A stretch of DNA of 64,000 nt from Eledone cirrhosa (GCA_964016885.1 OZ024742.1:128154001-128218000); one strand, 5' to 3'; positions 1-12,486 are shown, numbered from the stretch's first letter. The notes: generated by a model from the sequence alone, not told the origin. A program made the numbers and translations.

Positions 1-183
1 CGCTGGCTGGACTAAAAAGTCACATTCGTTCAGCGCATCGGTAGGAGTTCTCCTACATGGATATAAAGTAGTGGCCGTACTCGAAAACGAGTTGGCAGCC
101 ACCATGTATGTATGTATGTATGTATGTATGTATGTATGTATGTATGTATGTATGTATGTATGTATGTATGTATGTATGTATGT
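1..183 (+). mobile_element. 3' end of RTE-derived non-autonomous retroposon with (TATG)n tail
   Basis: Near-identical to the reverse complement of 12487-12590; ends LAGLKSHIRSAHR*, then ggcagccacc(atgt)n. Confidence 0.75.
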
Positions 184-409
184 TCTTCTGGTTTTATAAT
201 TTCACAAAGTTTTACCAATAGAGAGAGAGTCGGTTTCTAACATAGACACAAGACTCTCTCATTGGAATTTACACATGAACTAGGTAGGTATGTATGTATG
301 CATGCATGTGTAGATATGGATGTTATTGTATGTGTGGATGTGTATGTTTTGAGTTGTATGTGTGCATGTGTATATGCTTTGCATCTGTATATGTGTATAT
401 GCAGTTATT

Positions 410-1130
410 AGATGCAAAATATTTGGAATGTCTTACATATTTTTACTGTTCCATTAATGGATTGTACTTGTAATTTCCTAACTAGTTGTGTTCTTTCTAT
501 TCCTGTGAAGCCTAGCTTCTCAAGATTTGTATAGAGGCAGTTACATATCCCAGTGTCCCAATAATCACAGGCATAAATCTGAAGGTGTAATCAGGGTGGA
601 GTATCTGCAGATTTCTCATCAGTTCTGCATAAATGTTCTCCCTTTCACTAATCTTTGATAATATATTGGCATATGCTGGGCAGCTAATTTCCACTACTGT
701 GCATGCTTTCTTCTCCCTGTCCCATATATCTGGTCTGTTATGCCTGCATTTTATTGGGGTTTTTTACTGGCACATTCCACCAGTACTCTTTCATATTATG
801 TACATGGATGTCTTCCACATTGCTGTAGCTTTTAATGTGTTTATTATCGGGGCTATCTTTTTTACGAACTGCATTGTACAGTGTTTTGGCCACTACATCA
901 TGCCTCATAGGTAGATAGTACCGCGATGACATCTTTGGACAGCTGCTGATGACATGGGTGATATCCTCGATGTTAGTTCTGCAGAGTCTGCACTTGTTAT
1001 CACATCTAGGTGTTTTACCTGCATCCCTATCTCTTTTGTGAATCAGGTATTTCGTGCTAATCTCCTGTTCCTGGATTGCAAAAGCGTATCCTTCAAAGTG
1101 GGAGCCAATATAGTGGTTGTTGGTCCAACA
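410..1130 (-). mobile_element. R4/Dong-like RLE non-LTR retrotransposon, 3' fragment
   Basis: ORFs 738..1280 and 512..694 give CRLCRTNIEDITHVISSC (zinc knuckle), RHD and EISCP; homologous to 11179..12351; followed by a degenerate (CATA)n tail. Confidence 0.85.
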
Positions 1131-1261
1131 GCCGAAGGTGTGAGCCCCGCGAGTTGGAGTGGCTTTTCCAGCGCGTCTCCCTTGCCGTCCTCCGGGGAAA
1201 CGCCTTCTCCATTCTGTCCGCCGGGGCTGTGGGTGGGCCCCATCGCGTACCAATACATTAG
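1130..1261 (+). mobile_element. CRE-like non-LTR retrotransposon 3' end fragment
   Basis: WLFQRVSLAVLRGNAFSIL, the C-terminal motif typical of CRE-clade elements. Confidence 0.7.
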
Positions 1262-1314
1262 TTAAATACCATTCTTTCATCGTTACAACTTATATCCACA
1301 TTAAAAACATCAAT

Positions 1315-1902
1315 GTATAAAGTAAGGAATGCGGGACTGCGTACGGTTTATAATTTTTTATATCCCGTTTGTAAAATAAGTTGGATTATTTTGAATAAAT
1401 AATTGTTTCTACTTTTGGCGCAAGGCCAGCAATTACCCAGTACATTACGGGTACTTTATTTTATCGACCCCGTAAGGATGAAAGGCAAAGTTAACCTCGG
1501 CGGGATTTGAACTCAGAATGAATGATATTACATAATTTATCTAATAAATTTCTTGGCTGTTCATCAAACATTTTATTACTTATTTAAAGATTCACTTCTT
1601 TAAAATTTTCAAATGTCAACACTTCCGGTTAGCGATCGCTTAAATAAACATTCATATATTTCCGTCACTAATTTTCTCCTAATGCAGTTTATATATAATA
1701 TCGTCTTTTTTTAATGTACCATCGATTACGTTACTGATTATATGAGAGTGTAACACAGTCTTCATTCAATTTCTGTGTATATTGTCAATTACGATTTTAT
1801 TTGATGTGTCATATCTACATGTATATATACTTGCGTATAATATCAATATGCACACTACACAGACTAGCAGAAAACCACCCGAAGGGTGCTTTTTCTGCTA
1901 GT
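1315..1902 (+). mobile_element. Non-autonomous Helitron-like element, interrupted by a SINE at about 1400-1520
   Basis: Ends in the hairpin ctagcagaaaaccacccgaagggtgctttttctgCTAG; copies at 9489-9974 and, inverted, 62167-62497. Confidence 0.7.
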
Positions 1903-1929
1903 AATATTAATAACAACAACATTTTTGGC

Positions 1930-3835
1930 AGAGCTGTTCTGCTAGAGAACAGGTCGCAGATATGATGGCTAGTTGTGATATAAGCAGGCAACTGCCGGAC
2001 GTTTAAACAACCCCTGACCAACAGTGGTAAACTACTAGGGAAGATGGAGCAATGGGTGACACCGGTGGTTCCCAAGAAAACCCTCACAACCCAGTGACGT
2101 AGCTAGGACGAGGGGAGTAAAGACCACCTCTAAAAAAGACTAGTCCTCGTGGGTTTGACAAAGTACCAGATTGGTGACTGGTGCGAATAAGACCACAGAA
2201 ACTGAAACTACAATATGATGAGGAAAACAAAGAAGAACCATACCACACCGTTGGTAGAGAGGCCTGTTCGAAAAATATATTGCAGTTTCCATTTCAAAAA
2301 CTGGCAATGGGCCTGCTACATGTCCTAGATTGCATATCCCAAGACCCCCAAAAAAGGTCCAGAAGGGAGCAAACCTTGGCAGTTGGAACCTGGAACATCA
2401 CAACTCTTACAGGCAAGGAACAGGAACTAGTGGAGGGGGATAGATGCTACTGGCTAGATATAGTCGGAGTTTCTTCAACCAAGTTCCGTGGCGCTGATAC
2501 TGTAGATTTGGATGGAGGATGTAAATGCCTCTATTCACTATTCAGGAGTGGTGCCAGAAATGACTGGGAGTGGGGATACTAACAAGCCCCCGGCTGTCAG
2601 AATGTGTTATGGACTGGATTCCGTTAGGAGGGAGGATTTGCCTCTTGAAGCTTAGACTGAAAGATAGGTCTCTGTGGGTGGTGCAAGTTTATACACCAAA
2701 CAAGGAATCTGAATACAGATCCTTCCTTGATGAAGTCACTGCAGCGTTAGATGTTGTTAAGACTGAGTCATGTATCCTGAAGGGAGACTTCAATACACAT
2801 ATTGGCACTGACCACCTGGTGTGGAAAGGAGTGATTGGAAGGAATGGTGACCCCGATCTAAGTACGAATGGAAAGGCCTTGCTAGACTTCTGTTCTAGCA
2901 CAATGGACTCTCTATTATGAACACCTTCCAGAACAGAGACATCCATAAATATAAGGGGAACCAGGGACAGAAATCAATAATTGATTTTGTTATTGTTTCT
3001 GATCTCTTTGATTTTGTGCTGGATGTTCATGTTAAGAGAGGGGCTGAGCTGTCAACTGATCACCATCTAGTTATCTGCAACTTGAGACTATTTAAACTCA
3101 AACGAAGCCCACAAAACTGGCAGGTCCAGGGAGAAATACAAGATAAAGTGGGAAGCATTGATGGATAAGGAAGTCAGGACCAGGTAGGCAGATACTATTC
3201 TATCTAAATTCAGAGAACTCCCTGAGAAAACTGAGGACATTGAGACAGAGTGGAGATTATTCAGTGCAGCAGTTTCTGCTTCAGCTGTTAACTGCTGCAG
3301 GACAAAGAGGCTTGGTGTGGCGCCGGGTGACTGGAGGATACATTGGTTCAATCAAGAGGTCGAAGAAGCCATCCGAGCAAAGAAGGAGGCTTATAAAGCT
3401 TAGCTTGGAAATAAGTCCTTCCTCTTGAACCTGCGGTACAAGCAGGCACGAATAATCACAGCAGAGACAGTAAAGGCGTCCAAAGTTAAGACATAGGAGG
3501 ACTTTGGTGTTAAGCTGGAATCCGACTTCAGATCAGCAAATAAAGTGCTCTGACAGACCATCCGCCGACTTAGTAATAAGAAGCCCCCCTCCACACTTGC
3601 TATCAAGAACGCGTCTGGGTTCTCCTCTCTTCGGAGAGGTGCATCCTCATGAGGTGGAGAAAATACTTTACTGATCGCCTAAACCCAACCACACCAGCAT
3701 CTTCTGATGTACACGAGGTGCATTTGGGAGCGGTGACTAATCTCTCAGAGGCTGAGGTCACAAGAGCAGTTAAAGAGCTCAAATGTGGTAAGGCCACCGG
3801 AGAAGATGAAATCCAAGCTGAGATGTTAAAAGCAG
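1930..3835 (+). mobile_element. Degenerate RTE-clade LINE (5' UTR, APE endonuclease, start of RT)
   Basis: GTWNITTL, GDFNTHIG, IDFVIV, TDHHLV and GKATGEDEIQAEMLK motifs across frameshifted ORFs 2181-3885. Confidence 0.88.
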
Positions 3836-4074
3836 AACTATTGGTAGCTCATCATACCAATTGGCGCTTGAAGTTCTGGCTTTGATTGCAGCTTTCTGTT
3901 GGCGGTGGAAGCGTTCTATCATTCAATTTGCCTGCTGATGATAGCTTGAGTGACATGTTTAGAGATACTAAGGAGTTTATGGAGTTGTGTCCAAAGTGTT
4001 AATGTAAGTTGTGGACCTCTATCTGATGCTATATCCCGTGGAACACTAAAACGAGATATCCAACGATGTTTCAG

Positions 4075-4245
4075 TGTAAACATTTTGAAGGGGAATAGCT
4101 TCTGGCCATCTTGTGAATCTATCAATGATTGTAAACATTTTGAAGGGGAATAGCTTCTGGCCATCTTGTGAATCTATCAATGATTGTAAACATTTTGAAG
4201 GGGAATAGCTTCTGGCCATCTTGTGAATCTATCAATGATTGTAAA
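4075..4245. repeat. 55-bp tandem triplication inside integrase
   Basis: Three exact copies of tgtaaacattttgaaggggaatagcttctggccatcttgtgaatctatcaatgat. Confidence 0.9.
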
Positions 4246-4745
4246 GATGTATGTCATTATATTACTGGATGGTAAAGGACCAACAAGATCCACACGTAGA
4301 CTTTGAAATCTTGCTGTGAGTTCTTGAAGTTCTCTTAATGGTGCTCTGGTATGTATGTGCACTTTTGAAGATTGACGAGCGTGGCATTCTTTGCACCACT
4401 TCTAATGTCTTTCTGCATTCCTGACCACACAAAACGTTTGCAGATAGCATATTGGATAGGAGGAACGCTTGCATGAGAAAGGTTGTGAAAACAGTCAAAA
4501 ATCTTACGCTTCCACACATTAAGGATTATTGGTCTTGAAGAGCCATTAAATAAGTCACGTAAGTTGTTTTCTTTGGTTGGATTGTAGTCACATAAAACTG
4601 ATTCCGTTGCCATTAGTATTTGGTTGTATCCTCTGACTAAATCAATTTTTGAGAAAATAGTACATCCAGCTAGGTGACTATTGAAGTCTTCTTGAATGTG
4701 TGGTGGAGGGTAACGACCATCAGTTGAGTTGGCATTGGAGATTGA

Positions 4746-4762
4746 GCAGTAGTAGTAGTAGT

Positions 4763-4794
<32 letters not shown>

Positions 4795-5013
4795 CAGTAG
4801 CAGCAGCAGCAGCAGCAGCAGCTGCAGTAGTAGCTGCAGCAGTAGCAGCAGTAGTAGTAGTAGTAGTAGTAGCAGCAGCAGCAGCAGCAGCAACAGTAGT
4901 AGCAGTAGTAGTAGTAGCAGCAGCAGCAGCAGCAGCAGCTGCAGTAGTAGCTGCAGCAGTAGCAGTAGCAGTAGTAGTAGTAGTAGTAGTAGTAGTAGCA
5001 ACAGCAGCAGCAA

Positions 5014-5046
<33 letters not shown>

Positions 5047-5053
5047 TAGTAGT
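4746..5053. repeat. Mosaic (CAG/TAG) trinucleotide array in the gag region
   Basis: About 100 triplets of agc/agt; reads poly-Thr/Ala in frame with gag (ORF 4670..5242). Confidence 0.92.
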
Positions 5054-6129
5054 ATAAATGGAGTGCAAAGGAGCAGAAATACCTCTTAATTCCCAAATCC
5101 TATCTGCGGATTCAGCAACTTTTTCCATATCCTCATATTCCTGACCAGCCAAAATTCCTCTGATGTCCACAGGAAGGTTGGAAAGAAAAAGTGTTACCTT
5201 GAGTGTCTTGGGATCATCGTTGAGTGCATTTATTCTTCTCATTAGTGCTGTTTGGCTTTTTATCCCCTAAGCCGATCCTTCTGTGACTGCGACTTCCCGA
5301 AAACTTTTAAAAATGTCCTTTTAAAGGTTTCATATTTATCAAAAGCCTGTGGGTTTAGAAGGATTGCTTGTACTTCTGCCATTTTGACATCTAAAGAGCT
5401 TACTGTGTGGTCGTACTTTGTTTGGTCAGTTGTGTTTTAAAGGCTAAATTGGGATTCTATCCTAACAAACCAAACCTCTGGTGAGGATGTCCAGAATTCT
5501 GGTATTTTTCACTGATATCCATATGTTTCATTGAATTTCCTTCCACAAAATCACGTCAGGGTCACCAATTGTAAGATTTCGCCTACACTTAACAGTGGAC
5601 AAGATGACTTGGAATACCTTTATTCACATATAAAAAATAATGATAATGAAATATAATAAAATATCTCTTGTAGTTTGATGGTTAGTCAGAGTAGTAAGAG
5701 TAGTAATAGTTATCCAACTTGGAATTAAAAAGTTTGAACTAAAAATATTTTAACGAAACGAAATGAGGTTGCTACAATGTGAGATAGTTTAAAAGAGTGA
5801 AAGTCCTAGAATCCTTCTCTAAGTAGATCGTGTTGTAAATGGCAATATTGAAGTCAAATTAATCAGCGGATAGATTGTATTGGTTTTCATTAAACAATTA
5901 TAATTAAAGGGAATGGAAAATAATGAAATAAAAGCGAAATAAATTTTGACTGTAAATATAAAACACATTTACGGAAGAAATATCTATAATATTTATAAAA
6001 AGGATGTTAGTGTGTTTGCTGACGGCTAATAACACTAAATAAGAGAGGTAATAATAAAGGTTCTTCGTGTTTTCAAACCATCTGACCTCCGCTATGCTCT
6101 CAATCGACTTTTTCTCTGAAAATTATAAA

Positions 6130-7190
6130 ACATTTACAGAACTTCAGTATATATAATGTTTTTAACTTTATTCTTGGGAGCATATATGAAGAGTTTGTGG
6201 GGTCTTCCTACTCTGGAACAACCTACATACAATTGACCATGTGAGAAATAACCCTCTGCTAGATGGAGACCGACAACCTGCAGTGTTTGACCTTAGGACT
6301 TGTTGATGGTTATTGTGTAACTAATTCTGACTGGGAATTGCAACCGTTGGTATTAGCGATATTCTAGCTATAAATACGATGTTTCTCTTACCACATCCAG
6401 TGAGGATTTTAGCTTCGATAATGTGAGGCTGTAGCTGTCACAACTATACGCATCCCATTGCACAATCTTGGCTGATCCAGGTTGCTGAGAAGCAAGATGA
6501 CTGCGTCCTTCATCAATTCAAGGTTGTGTGGCAGCATACCGGGATAATGAACAGCTTCGTCTTTGTCGACAACTTTGTTGATAGATTTATAGGTCTGGCG
6601 CTCTCCTGGAATCATTTGTGAGAGATTTTTGTAGATTACTTTGATGTTTTTTTGGGGGGCAAAGTTTACTCTTTTATACAGCCACTTCTCGTTGGAATAG
6701 TGGATTTCGAAGTTGGGGAACACTTCATTGATTAAATTATCAGCGCTTTCCATTACAGTACAAAATGATGAAGGATCAAAGCACTCTTCAGTATAAAGAG
6801 ATATTTTACTTTCATCAAGTTTCAGAAGCTTTCTAGCAAACTCTGCCAAAATGTTGTCACCGTGAAGTTGTGTCTGTATGTTGGTTCTTAAATTGAGTTT
6901 GGTGATACGTGGCCATAAAGTCGACAATTTTAAGCAAGCTTGAACTTGATTGGTGCAAGTCCACTTTGATATCACAGGTAAAGTCTGTCGGAAGTCCTTG
7001 ATAAAACGACAGTGATTCCTCCCGTGGTTGTTTTGCTGTTCCAGATATTTTTCAGTGTTCTGTCTAAGGTACTCAATGCATGAATGTACACCATTGTGCA
7101 TCCGTCCCCCACAGTTACCACACATCTTGGCAATAACTCGTCGGACATATTTCGTTGTTTCATTGCAAACATGGCAGTATCAGACACCCT
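6130..7190 (-). mobile_element. Helitron Pif1-like helicase pseudogene fragment
   Basis: DFRQTLPV, LPHNLEL..VILLLSNL..PRLCNG, QFPVR..TINKS.GQTL, FSHGQLYVGCSRV. Confidence 0.85.
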
Positions 7191-7329
7191 TATTGACGCA
7201 TTTACACACACTTTCAATGCCCCTTACCATACCGCTTTCGGGGGAAAGGCGTTTGCGAGCATGTCGGGGTTCAGATTGGTTGAAAACACACGAAAAACCT
7301 AGGAAAAAATAAATTACCTCGCGATCCCC

Positions 7330-7430
7330 AAAAGCGGACCGCCGTCTTTCCGATTTTCCGAAGGAAATCAGCAGTGCGGGGACCAAGGACGCTAGAGATC
7401 ACGACGGAGACTGATGTAAAGAGGAAGTAG
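7330..7430 (-). mobile_element. CRE-like retrotransposon RLE fragment
   Basis: VLGPRTADFLRKIGK; homologous to 19770-19860. Confidence 0.5.
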
Positions 7431-7715
7431 TATACACTTACTACACAAAGTTAATCTTGAGATACACGAGCAGGGGTCAACTTTACCTTAAGATATTCTC
7501 TTGACAAACTGAATGAAAAAAAATGTTTCGTTTCGTAATGTCGGAATTTAATATGCTGCAGTCTTTGATGACGTCATTCGAATATATGACAATAGAACGT
7601 ACGTATGATGTATAAAAACAAAACCTGAAATGTCAGTATATTCGAGTCTTCTAAATAAGCTCGAGGTATTTTTTTTTTTTCTGTAAGATATTTTGTTCTT
7701 CTATGCATTAACAAA

Positions 7716-8513
7716 ATGGAATCAGACTGTCTAGTAAAGCATGTGAGAAACGGACGAGACACTAGCATGACAAGTATTATCTCACGATTACGAGATGAAA
7801 GAGAAAAGCTGTGGTGTAGAAGACACCTACTTGATGATACTATATCTAGTGAGCGCCACAAAAGTCCCTTGCTTACTGACTTTAGTGAGCGCCACAAAAG
7901 TCCCTTGCTTACTGACTTTAGTGAGTGCCGTATAAGTCCCACGGTTACTGACAGTAAATCTAGTGACCGCCGCATAAACTTCATGGATACTGCCAGTGAA
8001 CCTAATGAGTGTCACTATATTTGCACCAAACTACATGGTATTAATAAACCCCGTCTCTCTGGCTCATCTGGCTCATCTGGCTCATCTGGCTCATCTGGCT
8101 CATCTGGCTCATGTGAAAAAGTCGATGTGAAATACACGGCTAAGGAGAATGGTCGTTTAGTCGATATGTATCAAATAAGTGAAGCCAAGCATACAATGCC
8201 AAGAGGTTTAAAGAAAACAGTATGTGCAATTTCTGATTGCAAGAACCAGATCAAAGAAGAATTAGTTGGCAAAGAGATAAATGGCAAAGGATATTTAGAA
8301 GAAAAAAGAACAAACTTGTTAACGGGAGAAGTAGATACACATCTACAATATAAAAACCTAACTCCATGCCAGAAAGAAAATTTTTTGAAGGACTGGAATT
8401 GTAAAGTACTACTGAATAAGAGTCGGAAACCTATTACAACACGTGCGGTTTATTGTTCAAAACCTATAGCAGCAATATGTTCCAAGTGTGATGCAGTTTT
8501 GCATGACATATAA
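7716..8513 (+). CDS. Orphan intronless ORF, 265 aa, with frame-preserving internal repeats and a Cys-rich C-terminus
   Basis: Intact ATG..TAA in AT-rich DNA, aaaaATGG context, AATAAA about 40 nt downstream; C-terminal YCSK..AICSKCDAVLH loosely resembles a piggyBac-type zinc ribbon. Confidence 0.45.
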   Translation: MESDCLVKHVRNGRDTSMTSIISRLRDEREKLWCRRHLLDDTISSERHKSPLLTDFSERHKSPLLTDFSECRISPTVTDSKSSDRRINFMDTASEPNECHYICTKLHGINKPRLSGSSGSSGSSGSSGSSGSCEKVDVKYTAKENGRLVDMYQISEAKHTMPRGLKKTVCAISDCKNQIKEELVGKEINGKGYLEEKRTNLLTGEVDTHLQYKNLTPCQKENFLKDWNCKVLLNKSRKPITTRAVYCSKPIAAICSKCDAVLHDI

Positions 8514-8689
8514 AAAAACAAGAAACAAAAGCATTTGTAAAGGAGAAAGCGAAATAAAAATATCTTCATTGCAAAATAAGAAACATTTTTCAGCATGTAG
8601 CATTCGAGATGTTCCGGGAAGCTGGCAGCGAAGATTTTGTCATCATTGGTGACTCATCTTACTGAAGTTTCAGATGATGTTTGGGGGGA

Positions 8690-9360
8690 AGGGTGTGCTT
8701 GGCTATTTACAGTGCCTCAGTGTCACGATCACCTGGGTTTTAGGTTGCCTCAAACATGTGTAGAGAACATTCGCATTTCATGTTGTAGTGTATAATTAAG
8801 GGAGAGTACGTGTTTTCTCAACCATCCTTTTTTTCCTTTAGAGTTTGGGATACATCATCAAAATGAGCCTCAGCGCAGCCGGCTTCCCACCACAACTAGA
8901 GCCAGCTGGCCTCAACTGTGGTGACGGTAAACGCCCCAAAGGAATAACCCTCTTCCCATTCGAATGAGATAAATCCTTAATCTGCAACGCATAAACTACA
9001 AACCCAGGCACTTCCACCTGCAAACGAGACCTCAGGTGTCCTCTCTAGTAATTTGGTCAATTTAGTTACAGTGATTAGTTTAGCTCTTTGCACTCTAAAA
9101 TAGTCAGAAAATGCCATTTAAATCCAAGCAAATACCATGATTTATAATTGGTAAGTTACAATTTTCAGTCTGCGTGACATTTAAGATGATTTGGGGGGGG
9201 GGGGGGGACGACTGAGAACTTGTCAACCAAGTTTGTTATCGTTAGTGAGTCGACATCAGGTGATATTCACGAGGGTGAGTACTTGGCTATTCCAGTGACT
9301 TAGCTTCGTTATCATCTGCAGCAATGCCATGTTTTGGCTTGCCTCAAACGATTTTAGAAG
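8690..9360. mobile_element. Cluster of decayed CRE-like fragments (8690-8760 +, 8840-9020 -, 9270-9360 +)
   Basis: Decayed WLFQ..LS..VLxCLK termini like those at 25990-26070. Confidence 0.45.
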
Positions 9361-9488
9361 TATTCCTTGTTGTAATGTTGTTTTTTCCTCTTGATTCTTT
9401 TACATTGATTTCTTTCTTTTGTAAACCACTTTTAGTATTGAATTTAAACACACACTCACACACACATACACATTATATAAATATATAT

Positions 9489-9974
9489 ATCTAAACTATA
9501 ATAAAGTAAGGAATGCGGAACTGCGTACGGTTTATAATTTTTTTATGCCATTAGTAAAATAAGTTGGATTACTTTGAATAAATAATGAATGAATATTACA
9601 TAATTTATCTAATAAATTGTGTAGCTGTTGATTAAATATATCTTATTGTTTATTTAAATATTCAGTTCTTTAAAATTTTCAAATGTCAACACTTCCGGTT
9701 AGCGATCGCTTAAATAAACATTCATATATTTCCGTCACTAATTTTCTCCTAATGCAGTTTATATATAATATCGTCTTTTTTTAAATGTATCATGGATTAC
9801 ATTACTGATTACATAAGAGAGTGTAACACAGTCTTCGTTCAATTTCTGTGTATATTGTCAATTACGATTTTATTTGATGTATCATATCTACATGCATATA
9901 TACTTGCGTATAATATCAATATGCACACTACACAGGCTAGCAGAAAACCACCCGGAGGGTGGTTTTTCTGATAG
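9489..9974 (+). mobile_element. Non-autonomous Helitron-like element (uninterrupted copy)
   Basis: TC start after A, 3' hairpin accacccggagggtggt; very similar to 1315-1902. Confidence 0.72.
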
Positions 9975-9984
9975 TAATAAATAA

Positions 9985-10835
9985 GAGAGACGGTTTTATT
10001 CGTACATCTTCATTTTATTATCTTATTCCATTATACGTATTTCAAAGATGCAAGGGTGGTTATATAATAACCCCCTAGCATGTTTTATCAGATGGAGTGA
10101 GATGTGTTTTCCTATCCATTGATAAGTTACTGGTTTAACATGGTGTTAACATTACTGTCCAGTACTCATATGATAGTTTTGTTATCATAGTAGTTCTATT
10201 TAGAGTGAGAGACAGTATTGATGCTGGTATTAGTGACTGGAAGAAAGCTATGGTATCAAATTACCAGAGGGGTCATTTATTTCTTAGAATGGCTTGAAAG
10301 TACTGTTAATTTGTTTGTTTTTATTTCTGGACTTAATTCTATGTACTTATATTTCTATGCTAGGCATTAATAATTGTATAATGAGGTTACAATGTAGCTA
10401 TGTATTTATGTTTGGTTTAGTAATTAATTTATGGTCTGTTTTATATTACTTATGGAAGCTTTATATATTCTGCGGGAATTTTTAGAAAACCTGTGTAAGT
10501 ATGTATTAAATATGTCGGGGCGTTTGTTAATAATTTTATGTCTACTATTTATAATAGTAAAATCTCAGTAGTTCAGAGGTCACACCCGGAAGATATAGAC
10601 CCGTTTATATAAGGAAAAGCATATGAAAGTTTAGACCAAGAAACAGAGTACTATACTTGGTTACTTTTTAACGTCCAAATTAGTTCCGAGAGGGCTGTGT
10701 TAGACCTTTTATCAAGTCTTTTAAAGGTGTGGCGATGGTTATACCATCTTTCCTTAAAGCTTGTTGAGGTTACACCAATATATTTATAAGTTTCATTACT
10801 CGTTATTCCGAATTTTCAATTTAAAGAGATCATTA
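9985..10835 (-). mobile_element. Penelope-like element 3' fragment (GIY-YIG endonuclease and terminal region)
   Basis: Minus frame reads YKYIGVTSTSFKERWYNHRHTF..TALSELIWTLK..SW..AFPY..CDL, typical of PLE endonucleases; ends in a hammerhead fold. Confidence 0.8.
10027..10096 (-). ncRNA. Type I minimal hammerhead ribozyme with degenerate core
   Basis: UCCAU-CUGAUAA-long stem II-GAA-AUACGUAU(palindrome)-A-AUGGA; G8 is lost. Confidence 0.65.
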
Positions 10836-10837
10836 GT

Positions 10838-11017
10838 TGACTCTTAAGAGCTCCTTTGCCTTTTGACAGGTTTTGTTTTTAGTCCTGCAGGATGTCCAAA
10901 GTCACCCTCCTCACCAAGAAACCTTGGTGGGGTTGCCAGTTTAGTCGCTAACGACCCGACCATGAGACAGATTGTACTGGGATACATGTTACCAGTAGCA
11001 CCAACTGGTGACCTGAC
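10838..11017 (-). mobile_element. 5' part of RTE-derived non-autonomous retroposon
   Basis: Nearly identical to about 12915-13094; abuts (CATA)n. Confidence 0.75.
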
Positions 11018-11112
11018 ATATACATACATACATGCATACATACATACATACATACATACATACATACATACATACATACATACATACATACATACATACA
11101 TACATACATACA

Positions 11113-12432
11113 TAAAAAAAAATATGGTCATCAGAACTGTCAGCATACAACAAATACATTGCCCACAATACCTATGCTGTGCCAATTATAACGCCAACAT
11201 TTGGCCTACTGAACTGGTCATTGCAAGAACTAAGTGAGATGGATGTTAGAACTCGTAAACTTCTCAGTGTTACTGGGAACTTTAACATCAATGGTGATGT
11301 GGATAGGCTATACTTCTCACGCAAGGAAGGTGGCCGGGGTCTAAAATCAATATTAACAACATATGAGACCCGGATAGTAACACTGAAGCAACACCTTCAA
11401 CAGAGGAAAAAGGTTGGCGACCATCTTGCTCAGGTTTATGAGCATGAAAAAAGAAATATCATTAGAATAGCGACTGATCTGGAGGAGAGATATGGAATAA
11501 AGCCTGATATAAATCTCTCACCCAGAGAAATCGGAAGATCCTATTCAATGTTCAAACAAGAAAAAAAAATTGACCAATTTACAGAGAAAGTTGTGCATGG
11601 ATACTTGAGGCGTAAAACACAGACCATAGAGGGGATAAACCACTCAAAAAGCCTGGCATGGAGTTCCGACAAGTTTATGACATCACACCTTGAGGGATAT
11701 CTCTATGCAATACAGGAACAAGAACTCCCTACCAAATATCTGCTGCACAAAAGAGGAGGGCCAGCAGCTGACAATAAATGTAGGCTATGTAAAACAAAGA
11801 TCGAGGATGTAAGCCACATTGTTGCCAGCTGCGAAAGAATGTCATCTCGCTACTACCTCCCCATGAGACACGATGGGATAGCTAGAACTATCTGGAACGC
11901 ACTTCGGAAAACAAAATTAACAACAAACGAGGAAGAATATATTGAGACAGATGGCACTAAGGAATACTGGTGGAACCTGAAAATAAAAACTGCCACCAAA
12001 TTAAAGCACAACCGGCCTGATATTGTAGTTTGGGACCACACATTGAAAACGTGTTCTGTTGTGGAGATCAGCTGCCCACTTGATGTAAACGTTGTCAGAA
12101 AAATACAGGAGAAGGAGGACATCTACGGACCATTGATGAGGAGCTTACAAATCCAGTATCCAAGATACACCTTTAGCTTCATACCCATCATTATTGGTGC
12201 TACGGGTTATATACCAACCCGCTTGGACCAAAGTATGACCGAACTTGGATTTGCGGACAAAAAGCGCAGCTCCCTAATTCATAGTCTACAAATGGCTGCG
12301 ATAGCTGGCACCTTCAAAATATGCAAAACATTCTTGCGATTCAAGGGATGACAATTTCTTTTCTTTTACAACCTTGCCACCAGGAAGGTGGCCGGTCAAA
12401 AAAATATACTCGAAATTAAGAGAAAGAGAAAA
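11113..12432 (+). mobile_element. 5'-truncated R4/Dong-like RLE retrotransposon (open 390-aa C-terminal ORF 11179..12351)
   Basis: RLYFSRKEGGRGL, CRLC..EDVSHIVASC, RHD, NRPDIVVWD..VVEISCP..K..Y; (CATA)n arrays on both sides. Confidence 0.9.
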
Positions 12433-12486
12433 CATACATACATACATACATACATACATACATACATACATACATACATACATACA

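Larger units (their letters stand above)
3880..5776 (-). mobile_element. Degenerate Gypsy LTR retrotransposon: LTR 5570-5776, tRNA-Trp PBS, gag, deleted pol (RT and integrase pieces)
   Basis: TG..CA LTR; PBS tggtgaccctgacgtgat; gag PEFWTSSPEVWFVRIESQF; FSKIDLVRGYNQI (RT); VDLVGPLP..FTIIDRFTRWPEAIPL and SDRGPQ (integrase). Confidence 0.88.

Noticed and set aside
4335-5096. Poly-Cys/Tyr, poly-Ser and poly-Leu ORFs
   Set aside because: Alternative frames of the trinucleotide array.
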